Positions 56,149 through 64,000 of a stretch of 64,000 nucleotides of DNA are shown piece by piece (the stretch's first letter is position 1; every line of letters starts with the position of its first letter). The stretch covers positions 23,533-87,532 of the IMG/VR virus record IMGVR_UViG_3300027788_000006; one strand, 5' to 3'. The position numbers and the translations under genes were made by a program. Origin of the DNA: a virus. Under the pieces are notes generated by a model. That model was not told where the DNA came from, ran no database searches, and saw only the letters and a list, made by a program, of their open reading frames with translations.

Positions 56149-56685
56149 ATGATTGAAACAAGAGAAAGCGTGAACTCAAACACAACGCCAGAAGCGATAA
56201 CTACATCGATGATCGATAATGATCTAAAAAGTGGACTTAACAAGAATGATATGATGCAGAAGTATAATATCAGAAAATGGGAAATAGATAGAATCTTTAA
56301 GAATCCCAAATTAACAGGTAGAAGACCATCACCTAAATTATCATTCACATTTATAGATGATATGGATGATTCAGGTCATAATCCAGTTAACATTGATGAG
56401 GTGTTAGATGAACCAAATCCTAATCAAGTAACGTTAGAGCAGGCTATAGACGAAGCTATTGATACAGTTACAGAAGTTAAACATCAAATGCAAGAAACTC
56501 AAGAAGCTATCAATACTATGCTGAGTCCTACAGAGTTTGAGACTCCAGTTGACTCTGATATATTACCCTCGGATGGTCTGGAGGATGAGCTTGAAATCCC
56601 AACTGTAGAGGATACTATGGAATTAGTAAAAGAACAGCAAGAAGAAGAGTTAGACGAAGATGAGTTTAACACATTTGAATTATAA
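56149..56685 (+). CDS. HTH-containing protein with a long acidic tail
   Basis: N-terminal DLKSGL.K..M..KY.I....I.RIF..P.L, followed by about 100 very acidic residues. Confidence 0.55.
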   Translation: MIETRESVNSNTTPEAITTSMIDNDLKSGLNKNDMMQKYNIRKWEIDRIFKNPKLTGRRPSPKLSFTFIDDMDDSGHNPVNIDEVLDEPNPNQVTLEQAIDEAIDTVTEVKHQMQETQEAINTMLSPTEFETPVDSDILPSDGLEDELEIPTVEDTMELVKEQQEEELDEDEFNTFEL

Positions 56686-56706
56686 ACCAATAAAATTAAA
56701 TAAAAA

Positions 56707-57507
56707 ATGGCTATAGAAAGCAATGCAAGTACGGAAGTCGTACAAGGTGGAGGAATCCAGTTATACTCAGGTATAACAAATTTCAATGTAATCGCAGTTA
56801 ACCCTACAATGGAAGAGTTACATGCGTTAGGTATTAATGTAAAGACAGAGCCTAATTACGCTCTATCTACTAGTTTTGGTGATCGTACTAAAATAACGTT
56901 CTGGGTAAAGAATGAGGACTTAACTACAAAGTTAGATATTCTAGTATCCAGTGATATAAGAGAAACTAAAGCTGGTGGTAAATTTCAATGGATTAACTCT
57001 ACAGGACAGTCTACATGGGCAGATGATAATGGCCCTGATTATGACTGGTGGAATTCCGAAGGGCAAAGAAAAGCTTATATTGGTGAAGAGACATTAATTC
57101 ACTTTACTAAAGCTTGGGCTAACGTTGCTACTGGAGGTAAAGTATCTTATGAAACTATCAAAGCAATAGTTAATGGAGATGTTAGAGAGATCAAAGGATT
57201 AATTAGTGCTTTGAAAGATAATATGGTAAGAGTCTTAGTAGGAGTTAAAGATGATAAATACCAATCTATCTATACTAAGTACTTTGGTAGAATCAAACCA
57301 CAAAGAGATGATATGTTTATTAAAATGCTGAAAGACGACTATGGTTCGTTTAATGCAGACTTTAATGCAGATCTTAACTGGGGAGAGCATAGCCCAACAG
57401 CTGATGGATTAGTTGCTCCTGATGCTCTAAGTGAGGATGATGACTGGACTATGCCAGATACACCTCAAGGAGAAAAAGCAAAAGTTGAAGACGAGTCACC
57501 GTTTTAA
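56707..57507 (+). CDS. Putative ssDNA-binding protein
   Basis: Between the Sak4-like gene and primase. Acidic C-terminus ending DESPF. Confidence 0.55.
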   Translation: MAIESNASTEVVQGGGIQLYSGITNFNVIAVNPTMEELHALGINVKTEPNYALSTSFGDRTKITFWVKNEDLTTKLDILVSSDIRETKAGGKFQWINSTGQSTWADDNGPDYDWWNSEGQRKAYIGEETLIHFTKAWANVATGGKVSYETIKAIVNGDVREIKGLISALKDNMVRVLVGVKDDKYQSIYTKYFGRIKPQRDDMFIKMLKDDYGSFNADFNADLNWGEHSPTADGLVAPDALSEDDDWTMPDTPQGEKAKVEDESPF

Positions 57508-58568
57508 TGATCGACTCTAGAAGCAGTGAAGATCACCTACATACAGATGTCATACTTGGTAAAATTACTGAGTATGACATTTTTAGGTATTATTGCCCTA
57601 ACTTTGTTGCATTAAAGAAACCTTTCTGCAGTGAGTTAAGACGTGATAGAAATCCCACGGCTTCGATTGTTATTTGGAACGGAAGATTATTGTACAAAGA
57701 CTTTGGACATGCTGAACATGCTTTTAATTGCTTTAGTTACATACAATTTAAATATAACTGTAACTTCTTATCTGCTTTAAGAATAGTAGACTGCGACTTT
57801 AATTTAAAGTTAAGCTCGAAAAAAGAAGAAACAGCTTTTACTATGGGATCTATGGCATACAAGCAGAAACAACCTATACTAAAGGAAGAACAGACATTAA
57901 TACAAAAGAAAAGAAGACAGTTTTCGCGCGACGATGAAAAGTTTTGGGTAAAATATTGTATCAGTAAAAGAATTTTAGTTACTTTTGACGTTGAACCAAT
58001 ATCTCATTACTGGGTGAACGGAAACAGATTCAGTTGCAAATCAATTACTTATGCCTATAAATTTGGCAATCGCTTCAAAATATACGCCCCTTATGAAGGC
58101 GCATATAAATGGAGTAGTAATGTAAAATCTACTGATATTCAAGGATTAAAGCAATTACCTTCTACAGGTAAAGAATTATTCTTGACTTCTTCTTTGAAGG
58201 ATGTTATGTGTCTATATAGCGCAGGTTATAATGCAATCGCGCTTCAAAGCGAAATGCAAAATCCTGATAAAAACTTAATGAAAGACTTAACAAATAGATT
58301 CGAAGATATATATGTGCTTTATGACAATGATTATGATAATGTAAATAATCCCGGTCAAACAATGGCATTGAAAATCTGTAAAGAGTTTAATCTTGGTAAT
58401 GTGTGTATACCTAATGAATATGGGTCGAAAGATCCATCAGATTTAGTATCTAGCATGGATGGTTCACTTAATATATTAAAATACATAATAAATGAACAAA
58501 CAAGAAATAATAAAGTTTCTACAGGAGAAAAAAGGTTATTTAAAGAAAGGAAACGAATGGATAGCTAA
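57507..58568 (+). CDS. dnaG: DNA primase (TOPRIM, crAss-type)
   Basis: CS.LR.D.NP...YKDFG, TSSLKDVM, YDND...G, KDPSD. Confidence 0.85.
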   Translation: MIDSRSSEDHLHTDVILGKITEYDIFRYYCPNFVALKKPFCSELRRDRNPTASIVIWNGRLLYKDFGHAEHAFNCFSYIQFKYNCNFLSALRIVDCDFNLKLSSKKEETAFTMGSMAYKQKQPILKEEQTLIQKKRRQFSRDDEKFWVKYCISKRILVTFDVEPISHYWVNGNRFSCKSITYAYKFGNRFKIYAPYEGAYKWSSNVKSTDIQGLKQLPSTGKELFLTSSLKDVMCLYSAGYNAIALQSEMQNPDKNLMKDLTNRFEDIYVLYDNDYDNVNNPGQTMALKICKEFNLGNVCIPNEYGSKDPSDLVSSMDGSLNILKYIINEQTRNNKVSTGEKRLFKERKRMDS

Positions 58569-59652
58569 TAAATTAGGCATCTCTTTACAATTGGCAACTG
58601 ACTGTAAGAAGGAAGTAGCTGCAGATGTATACAAAGAGTACAAGGATACTGTACAAGAATTCACAAATGAGAATGTAAATGAAATATCTGATAAAGGATT
58701 TAAGAATCACTTATCAAATATTGGACTAGAATTAAATGATGTTAAATCAGTTAAATTCTGGCAAACTAGTAAAGGTGATCATAGATATTCTGTTGTCCCT
58801 TTAAACGGATGGCATGAATTAGAGTCTGCTAAAGCAGAGTTTTTAGATCTAGTTAAAGAGAAGTCACCAAAAGTTAGTCAATATTCTTATAAACCAGAAG
58901 TAAGTCCTTCATTGGGTGTATTATCATTACCTGATATACATTATGGAAAGATAACGGGCGAAGGCCCCGAAGCAATTGAAAGACACTATTTAGAGGTAGT
59001 AGCTAAACTATGGGAGAAAGCTAAAAGCTCCGGAATAGAAAAGATACTAATGCCTATAGGTAACGATGGAATGAATTCAGAAGGTATGAGTAAAGCTACA
59101 ACTAAAGGTACACCACAAGATGATTATATGGGATGGAGACAATCATTCAGAGGCTATTGGAAGCTAATGGATATGGCTATCACATGGTTATCTAAAAAAG
59201 TACCAGTAGATGTAGTAATTGTACAAGGTAATCACGATTTTGAACGAATGTTCTACGTTGGAGAATTATTAGAGTCTAGATATTATAATAATCCTAATAT
59301 TACTGTAGACAACCAACTTGATGAGAGAAAGTACTATCAATATGGAGTAAATATGTTTTTAAATTTCCATGGGGATAAAGTAAAGAAGATTCAAATACCT
59401 TTACTTATGGCTACCGAGCAACCAGTAATGTGGAGCGAGTGTAAATATCGTGAAGCATTGTGCGGTCATATACATAAAGAGCTAGTAGACGAAATCATGG
59501 GGACTAAAATTCGATTTATTCCTAGTATTTGTGGTAATGACGAGTGGCATAAAGGTAAAGCATATGTGGGAACACGTAGAGTGGCACAATTGCATACTTA
59601 TCACAAAGAAAGAGGATACGAAGGAATGTTTCAAGTAAATGCGGTTGACTAA
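58492..59652 (+). CDS. Calcineurin-like metallophosphoesterase with an N-terminal HTH
   Basis: PDIHYG, GND, GNHD, HGD, GHIH. Confidence 0.85.
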   Translation: MNKQEIIKFLQEKKGYLKKGNEWIANKLGISLQLATDCKKEVAADVYKEYKDTVQEFTNENVNEISDKGFKNHLSNIGLELNDVKSVKFWQTSKGDHRYSVVPLNGWHELESAKAEFLDLVKEKSPKVSQYSYKPEVSPSLGVLSLPDIHYGKITGEGPEAIERHYLEVVAKLWEKAKSSGIEKILMPIGNDGMNSEGMSKATTKGTPQDDYMGWRQSFRGYWKLMDMAITWLSKKVPVDVVIVQGNHDFERMFYVGELLESRYYNNPNITVDNQLDERKYYQYGVNMFLNFHGDKVKKIQIPLLMATEQPVMWSECKYREALCGHIHKELVDEIMGTKIRFIPSICGNDEWHKGKAYVGTRRVAQLHTYHKERGYEGMFQVNAVD

Positions 59653-60092
59653 TGGTGTGGAAAAGAAGACCAAAATCAAGATCAAAAGTAAAGAATGCTA
59701 AAAAATCCACATTTGATGGACATAATTTCCAATCTAATTTAGAAAAAAACATGTACAAAATGTTGTACGATTCTAAAATAGAAGTAGAATATGAAAAGCA
59801 CAGCTTTACAATATTTGATCCCTTAGTATACCCACAAACATGCTATGAAGGAACTGCAAAGAAGTTGTATAACAAAGGCTCTAAAGTAAGAGCTATAACT
59901 TATACACCAGACTTTGTTGATCCTAATGGTAAGTGGATAATAGAGACTAAAGGCTATGCTAACGAGTCCTTTCCCTTGAGGTGGAAGCTGTTTAAGCGCC
60001 ATCTTAAGGAAAATAACCTTACTTACGTATTGTTCATGCCTAGAAATAAGGCCCAGTGCGAAGAAGTTTTAGAACTTATCAAACAATTATAG
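59652..60092 (+). CDS. PD-(D/E)xK endonuclease (T7 endonuclease I / DUF1064-like resolvase)
   Basis: FQSNLE, YTPDF, IIETKG. Confidence 0.8.
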   Translation: MVWKRRPKSRSKVKNAKKSTFDGHNFQSNLEKNMYKMLYDSKIEVEYEKHSFTIFDPLVYPQTCYEGTAKKLYNKGSKVRAITYTPDFVDPNGKWIIETKGYANESFPLRWKLFKRHLKENNLTYVLFMPRNKAQCEEVLELIKQL

Positions 60093-60095
60093 ATC

Positions 60096-60128
60096 GGGGG
60101 GGAGCTTTTAAGCCTCCCCTTTCTTTTT
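60096..60128 (+). terminator. Intrinsic terminator
   Basis: GGGGGGGAG-cttttaagc-CTCCCCTTTCTTTTT. Confidence 0.75.
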
Positions 60129-60153
60129 ATTAATCAATTAAACAATTAAAATT

Positions 60154-60354
60154 ATGGATGCAAAAGAATATTTACACTCTGATGAAATGAGTGAATGGGA
60201 CACAGTGTTTGACCCAGGAGGAAAACTAGAATACACAGAAGAACAACTAATAAGATTTGCAGAACTATGGGCTGCTGCCGGGTATCTTGCAGATCCTTAT
60301 GATGGCAAAACACGTACTGGAGGACTATCCCCGGACACAGGCCCAAGAGCTTGA
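60154..60354 (+). CDS. Small acidic hypothetical protein
   Basis: 66 aa after a strong AATTAAAC-type leader. Confidence 0.55.
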   Translation: MDAKEYLHSDEMSEWDTVFDPGGKLEYTEEQLIRFAELWAAAGYLADPYDGKTRTGGLSPDTGPRA

Positions 60355-60617
60355 TTATGGCGAATCTAGTAAGCCCATGCTGTGGGGCAGAATACACAGA
60401 CAATGAAGATGAGGGAGGCAGTTTTTGTTGTAACTCAGAAATAAGAAGCGGACTTTGCAGTGAGTGCTACGAACACGCAGAACCTGAAGTAGGTTTTATA
60501 TGTGATACATGTTATGACTTCTTTGATGATCCTGAAAAGGATTATGACTACGATGAACGTATGAAAGACTCTATAGCAGAGGATCGCGCAGACGAAGCCC
60601 GGGACATGGGCAACTAA
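60351..60617 (+). CDS. Small acidic Cys-rich (Zn-binding) protein
   Basis: SPCCGA, FCCNS, CSECYEH, CDTC. Confidence 0.65.
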   Translation: MIMANLVSPCCGAEYTDNEDEGGSFCCNSEIRSGLCSECYEHAEPEVGFICDTCYDFFDDPEKDYDYDERMKDSIAEDRADEARDMGN

Positions 60618-60634
60618 TAATTTAAAAATTAAAC

Positions 60635-61807
60635 ATGAGAAACAATCAGGATCAACTCTCTAGAATATCAAAGACATTGATATTTTCAGAGCCTTTCTAC
60701 GGTATCTTTCTTATTGGATTGCAAAAGCAATTCACTAAGAGCTGTGCTACCGCAGGTGTAGGAAAACACAACATAGGTATGAGGTTAGTTATTAACCCAG
60801 ACTTCTTTATGGACCTTAGTGAAAAACATCAACAGGGTCTACTAAAACATGAGCTATTACATATAGCTTTTGGACATATTATATTATCAGATAGATACCC
60901 TAACAAAAAGCTTTTTAATATTGCGGCAGATATAGAAATCAACCAATATATTGCTGAGGACATGTTACCAGAAGGTGGCTTAAAGAGAGACTCTTTCCCT
61001 GGTATATTTTTACCAGAAAAAGCGGGTACTAAAGTATACTATGATATGCTTAATGATACTTGTGACGGTGATGGAGGTTCTTCTAATCCGGAGTTAGATA
61101 AACTTCTTGGAGAAATGGATGGTAATAGTCAGTATGACCATAAAGAATGGGCTGAGATTGGTGACTTACCTGAAGCAGAGAAGAAGCTAGTACAAAAACA
61201 GTATGAGCATCAGATGAAACAAACTGCTGAGGTAATACAGAAACAGTGCGGGACTATCCCTGGTGAATTAGCGGAGATAATAGAAAGACTATTTACTTTA
61301 GAGCCTCCTAAGTTTAACTGGAAAGCTTATCTTAAAAGGTTTATTAACAACTCTTCTACGGTCTATACTAAAAAGCTTAGAAGAAAGAATAACAAACGTT
61401 ACTCTGGTAATCCGGGCCTAAAGATTAAGCATAAGAATCACGTGCTCGTAGGTGTTGACACTTCAGGCTCAGTTAGCAGTGAAGAGTTAGTAGAGTTTAT
61501 GCACGAGTTAAGTCACATGCATAAAACTGGTAATACAATAACTGTTGCGCAGTTTGACACTGAGATAACAGATGTATCTTTATTTAATCCTAAGAAGTCT
61601 TGGGAGATCAAAGGTAGGGGAGGAACTTATTTCCAGCCGGTGGTAGATCATTACAATGACTCTAAGAATAAATACTCAGGGTTTATATGTCTTACAGATG
61701 GAGAAGCTCCTAACCCAGACAATTGCCCAGCGAATGCTTTATGGGTACACAGCAGTAAATGCCAGATAAACGAAGAGTTACCTGGTATAAAAATACAATT
61801 AAACTAA
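60635..61807 (+). CDS. Metallopeptidase-like plus vWA domain protein (DUF2201-type)
   Basis: HELLH zincin motif, NIAAD..IN, MIDAS DTSGS, GRGGT.F.P, LTDG. Confidence 0.88.
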   Translation: MRNNQDQLSRISKTLIFSEPFYGIFLIGLQKQFTKSCATAGVGKHNIGMRLVINPDFFMDLSEKHQQGLLKHELLHIAFGHIILSDRYPNKKLFNIAADIEINQYIAEDMLPEGGLKRDSFPGIFLPEKAGTKVYYDMLNDTCDGDGGSSNPELDKLLGEMDGNSQYDHKEWAEIGDLPEAEKKLVQKQYEHQMKQTAEVIQKQCGTIPGELAEIIERLFTLEPPKFNWKAYLKRFINNSSTVYTKKLRRKNNKRYSGNPGLKIKHKNHVLVGVDTSGSVSSEELVEFMHELSHMHKTGNTITVAQFDTEITDVSLFNPKKSWEIKGRGGTYFQPVVDHYNDSKNKYSGFICLTDGEAPNPDNCPANALWVHSSKCQINEELPGIKIQLN

Positions 61808-61826
61808 ACAATTAAAACAATTAAAC

Positions 61827-63002
61827 ATGAATGAAGTAAATTTAAACATTGATGAACTACAAGATTTTGTAGGGCACATCATAACAAACAATCGTCACTT
61901 ACAAGCTCAGGGCAAGAAGCCTGTAGCTATAGAAGTAGTAGGTGAGTCAGGTATTGGTAAAACAACCAGTATCATGGACATGACAGCTAAACACGGGTTA
62001 GACTTTGTTAAGCTTAATCTAGCTCAGATAGAAGAATTAGGTGACTTAGTAGGTTTTCCTATTAAGCAATTCCAAATGTGGACGGAGAAAGAAGGTAAGA
62101 GAATAGGTAAATGGGTAGATGAAGTTGCAGTAGATGCTCAGCATAAGCTAGGATTCCAAACCACAGGTAAGAGTAGAATGTCTTACTCAGCACCTGAATG
62201 GATAGCGGATAAGAAAGCCGGGGGTGTATTACTTCTTGATGACTGGAATCGTGCAGACATGAGATTTATCCAAGCCTGTATGGAATTAGTAGATCGTCAG
62301 ACTTATATCTCATGGACACTACCAAAAGATTGGCATATTATATTGACTGCTAATCCTGATAATGGAGATTACATGGTTAATAGTACAGATCCTGCGCAAA
62401 AGACTCGTTACATCACAGCAAACCTTAAGTTTGATATAAATGTATGGGCTCGTTGGGCGGAAGAGAATAACATGGATACTAGATGTATCAACTTCTTGCT
62501 GATGCATCCTGAGCTAGTAACTCAAGAGACTAATGCTAGATCTATATCTACGTTCTTTAATAGTATCTCAAGTATACCTAAGTTCGAAGATCAATTGCCT
62601 TTAGTGCAGATGATTGGAGAAGGGTCAGTGGGTAATGAGTTCGCTTCTATGTTCACTACGTTCATTAATAACAAACTTGACAAGCTTGTTACACCAAGGG
62701 AAATAGTAACCGGTCCTGTTGAAGTATTAGCAGAAATGAAAGAATGTATTGGTAAGGATGAGTCCTATAGAGCCGACATAGCCTCTCTCTTAGCCACTCG
62801 TATAGCCAATTTTGCGGTTGCATTCTCCAAAACGGACACCGTAACTCAAAAAGTGCAAGAACGGCTTGTTAAGCTGTGCACTTTAGACTATTTAACTGAT
62901 GACTTAAAGTACTTGGTAGTTAGGACTATATTTAACGGTAATAAGTCCAAATTTAACAAAATGATGATGAATCCAGCTATCATTAAAATGACTGTGAAGT
63001 AA
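61827..63002 (+). CDS. MoxR-like AAA+ ATPase
   Basis: GESGIGKT, E.GDLVGFP, LLLDDWNRA, TANP, DPAQKTR. Paired with the vWA gene. Confidence 0.88.
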   Translation: MNEVNLNIDELQDFVGHIITNNRHLQAQGKKPVAIEVVGESGIGKTTSIMDMTAKHGLDFVKLNLAQIEELGDLVGFPIKQFQMWTEKEGKRIGKWVDEVAVDAQHKLGFQTTGKSRMSYSAPEWIADKKAGGVLLLDDWNRADMRFIQACMELVDRQTYISWTLPKDWHIILTANPDNGDYMVNSTDPAQKTRYITANLKFDINVWARWAEENNMDTRCINFLLMHPELVTQETNARSISTFFNSISSIPKFEDQLPLVQMIGEGSVGNEFASMFTTFINNKLDKLVTPREIVTGPVEVLAEMKECIGKDESYRADIASLLATRIANFAVAFSKTDTVTQKVQERLVKLCTLDYLTDDLKYLVVRTIFNGNKSKFNKMMMNPAIIKMTVK

Positions 63003-64000
63003 TGGCCAACAAGAATGTGCACGCAGGGGAATACCCTGAGCAACAAATTACTGATTTAGGCTTTACGGATATGGTTACTTTAGGATTTGTAACCACAGAA
63101 GTAGTAGATGTTTATTTATCGGAATCATCAGCTCAATATACTAAAATCAAAAGTCTTTTAAAAACAGAAACAACTGATGATTTAACTACAGTTAAAAGAG
63201 CTTTTGTATTACCTATGCATAATGTGTCAACTGAAAGGTTAAAAGCTGCTCTTAAAGAACATAAAATTGGTGTTACTAATGATTATGAAAAAGCTGACTT
63301 TGTTATTCCTCATACTAATTTTTATGAGAGTTATAGCAATATTACTACTATACCTCAGACTAAGCTGATGTTTAAAATATCTAATGGATATTATTGTCAC
63401 GATCACAGGCCTTTAACTAATGACTATCATGATCGTACTGGTAATGATGTTATAATAGAAAGTAGAAGTCAAGATAATCACTATCAGCATAATATGAACT
63501 ACGAGAGTGCTCCTTTTGATTCATTTATATTTAGTAAAATGTCACTAGTACTAGCGGATCTAATTGAGAAAGGAGAGATGCAAGTTATGAATACTGATAC
63601 CATACTTAATCAATCAGCTAATAGAATTCCTATGACACTACAGTTAATGGAAGATATTAAAAAGATGGTGGATACTTATTCTTCCTCAGAAGAAGATATA
63701 GAGATGGCAGGTAAGATAATACCAACTATTGATCCTGCAGGAGAGCCTTATTTACTTTATACTTTCGCTGATATGTTAGAAGGATGTTGTTATAAATACA
63801 ATAGGAATAAAGATGTTATGTATTGGATGGAAAAGTATGACATCCACAGACTCTCTCGTTGTAATGCTGAAGACGCTATTAGATATTTTGATGAGAAAGA
63901 ACAGTTAGATTCAAGATGCTTTAAATCTTTAGAAGTAAAATGTAGGGAACAAATACAAATTCACAATAGAGAATTGTATACGTTCAAAGTTCAAGTTAAA
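63002..64000 (+). CDS. Hypothetical protein, third gene of the vWA-MoxR operon (truncated by the window end)
   Basis: ATG overlaps the MoxR TAA. Appears open to the end: MANKNVHAGEYPEQQITDLG...KIGVTNDYEKADFVIP... Confidence 0.7.
   Translation, partial: MANKNVHAGEYPEQQITDLGFTDMVTLGFVTTEVVDVYLSESSAQYTKIKSLLKTETTDDLTTVKRAFVLPMHNVSTERLKAALKEHKIGVTNDYEKADFVIPHTNFYESYSNITTIPQTKLMFKISNGYYCHDHRPLTNDYHDRTGNDVIIESRSQDNHYQHNMNYESAPFDSFIFSKMSLVLADLIEKGEMQVMNTDTILNQSANRIPMTLQLMEDIKKMVDTYSSSEEDIEMAGKIIPTIDPAGEPYLLYTFADMLEGCCYKYNRNKDVMYWMEKYDIHRLSRCNAEDAIRYFDEKEQLDSRCFKSLEVKCREQIQIHNRELYTFKVQVK

Noticed and set aside
46677-62507. Minus-strand ORFs in the replication arm (46677, 47304, 48061, 50274, 55407, 56133, 56499, 59482, 59522, 60152, 62319)
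   Set aside because: They are antisense to well-supported genes or RNA blocks and have no recognisable features.
1-64000. Stop-codon reassignment, as seen in some crAss-like phages
   Set aside because: TerL, portal, MCP, PolA and the 11.9-kb gene are all intact in the standard code, and TAG and TGA are used as genuine stops.

Overview
This window is a 64 kb piece of a large, AT-rich lytic phage genome. Gene content and order match crAss-like phages (Crassvirales or a close relative). TAnnTTTG promoters and A-rich translation starts without Shine-Dalgarno sites point to a Bacteroidota host. Long ORFs read through in the standard code, so there is no sign of stop-codon recoding. Positions 1 to about 45,200 are a minus-strand virion module: TerL, portal, a transglycosylase-domain protein, scaffold, major capsid, ring, muzzle and cargo proteins, a lysis cassette, and a 3,970-aa Cys-rich SprB/GCTD-repeat protein. 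It also carries a 2OG-Fe(II) oxygenase, ParB-like, HU-like and GroES genes. Positions from about 45,590 to 64,000 are a plus-strand early/replication module: nucleotidyltransferase, PolA, SF2 helicase, DnaB, Sak4-like ATPase, primase, metallophosphoesterase, endonuclease, and a vWA/MoxR pair. The most notable feature is the ~2.6 kb around the strand switch (45,185-47,823), which is largely non-coding and packed with tandem stem-closed RNA domains. It contains a type-P1 twister self-cleaving ribozyme (47,162-47,221) with every core element present and compensatory base changes, and a ~250-nt structured RNA behind its own promoter on the opposite strand. A second pattern is a recurring [K/R]-x-x-x-G-G motif shared by four putative internal virion proteins. 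All protein calls rest on motif recognition and synteny by eye. No database search or folding program was run.
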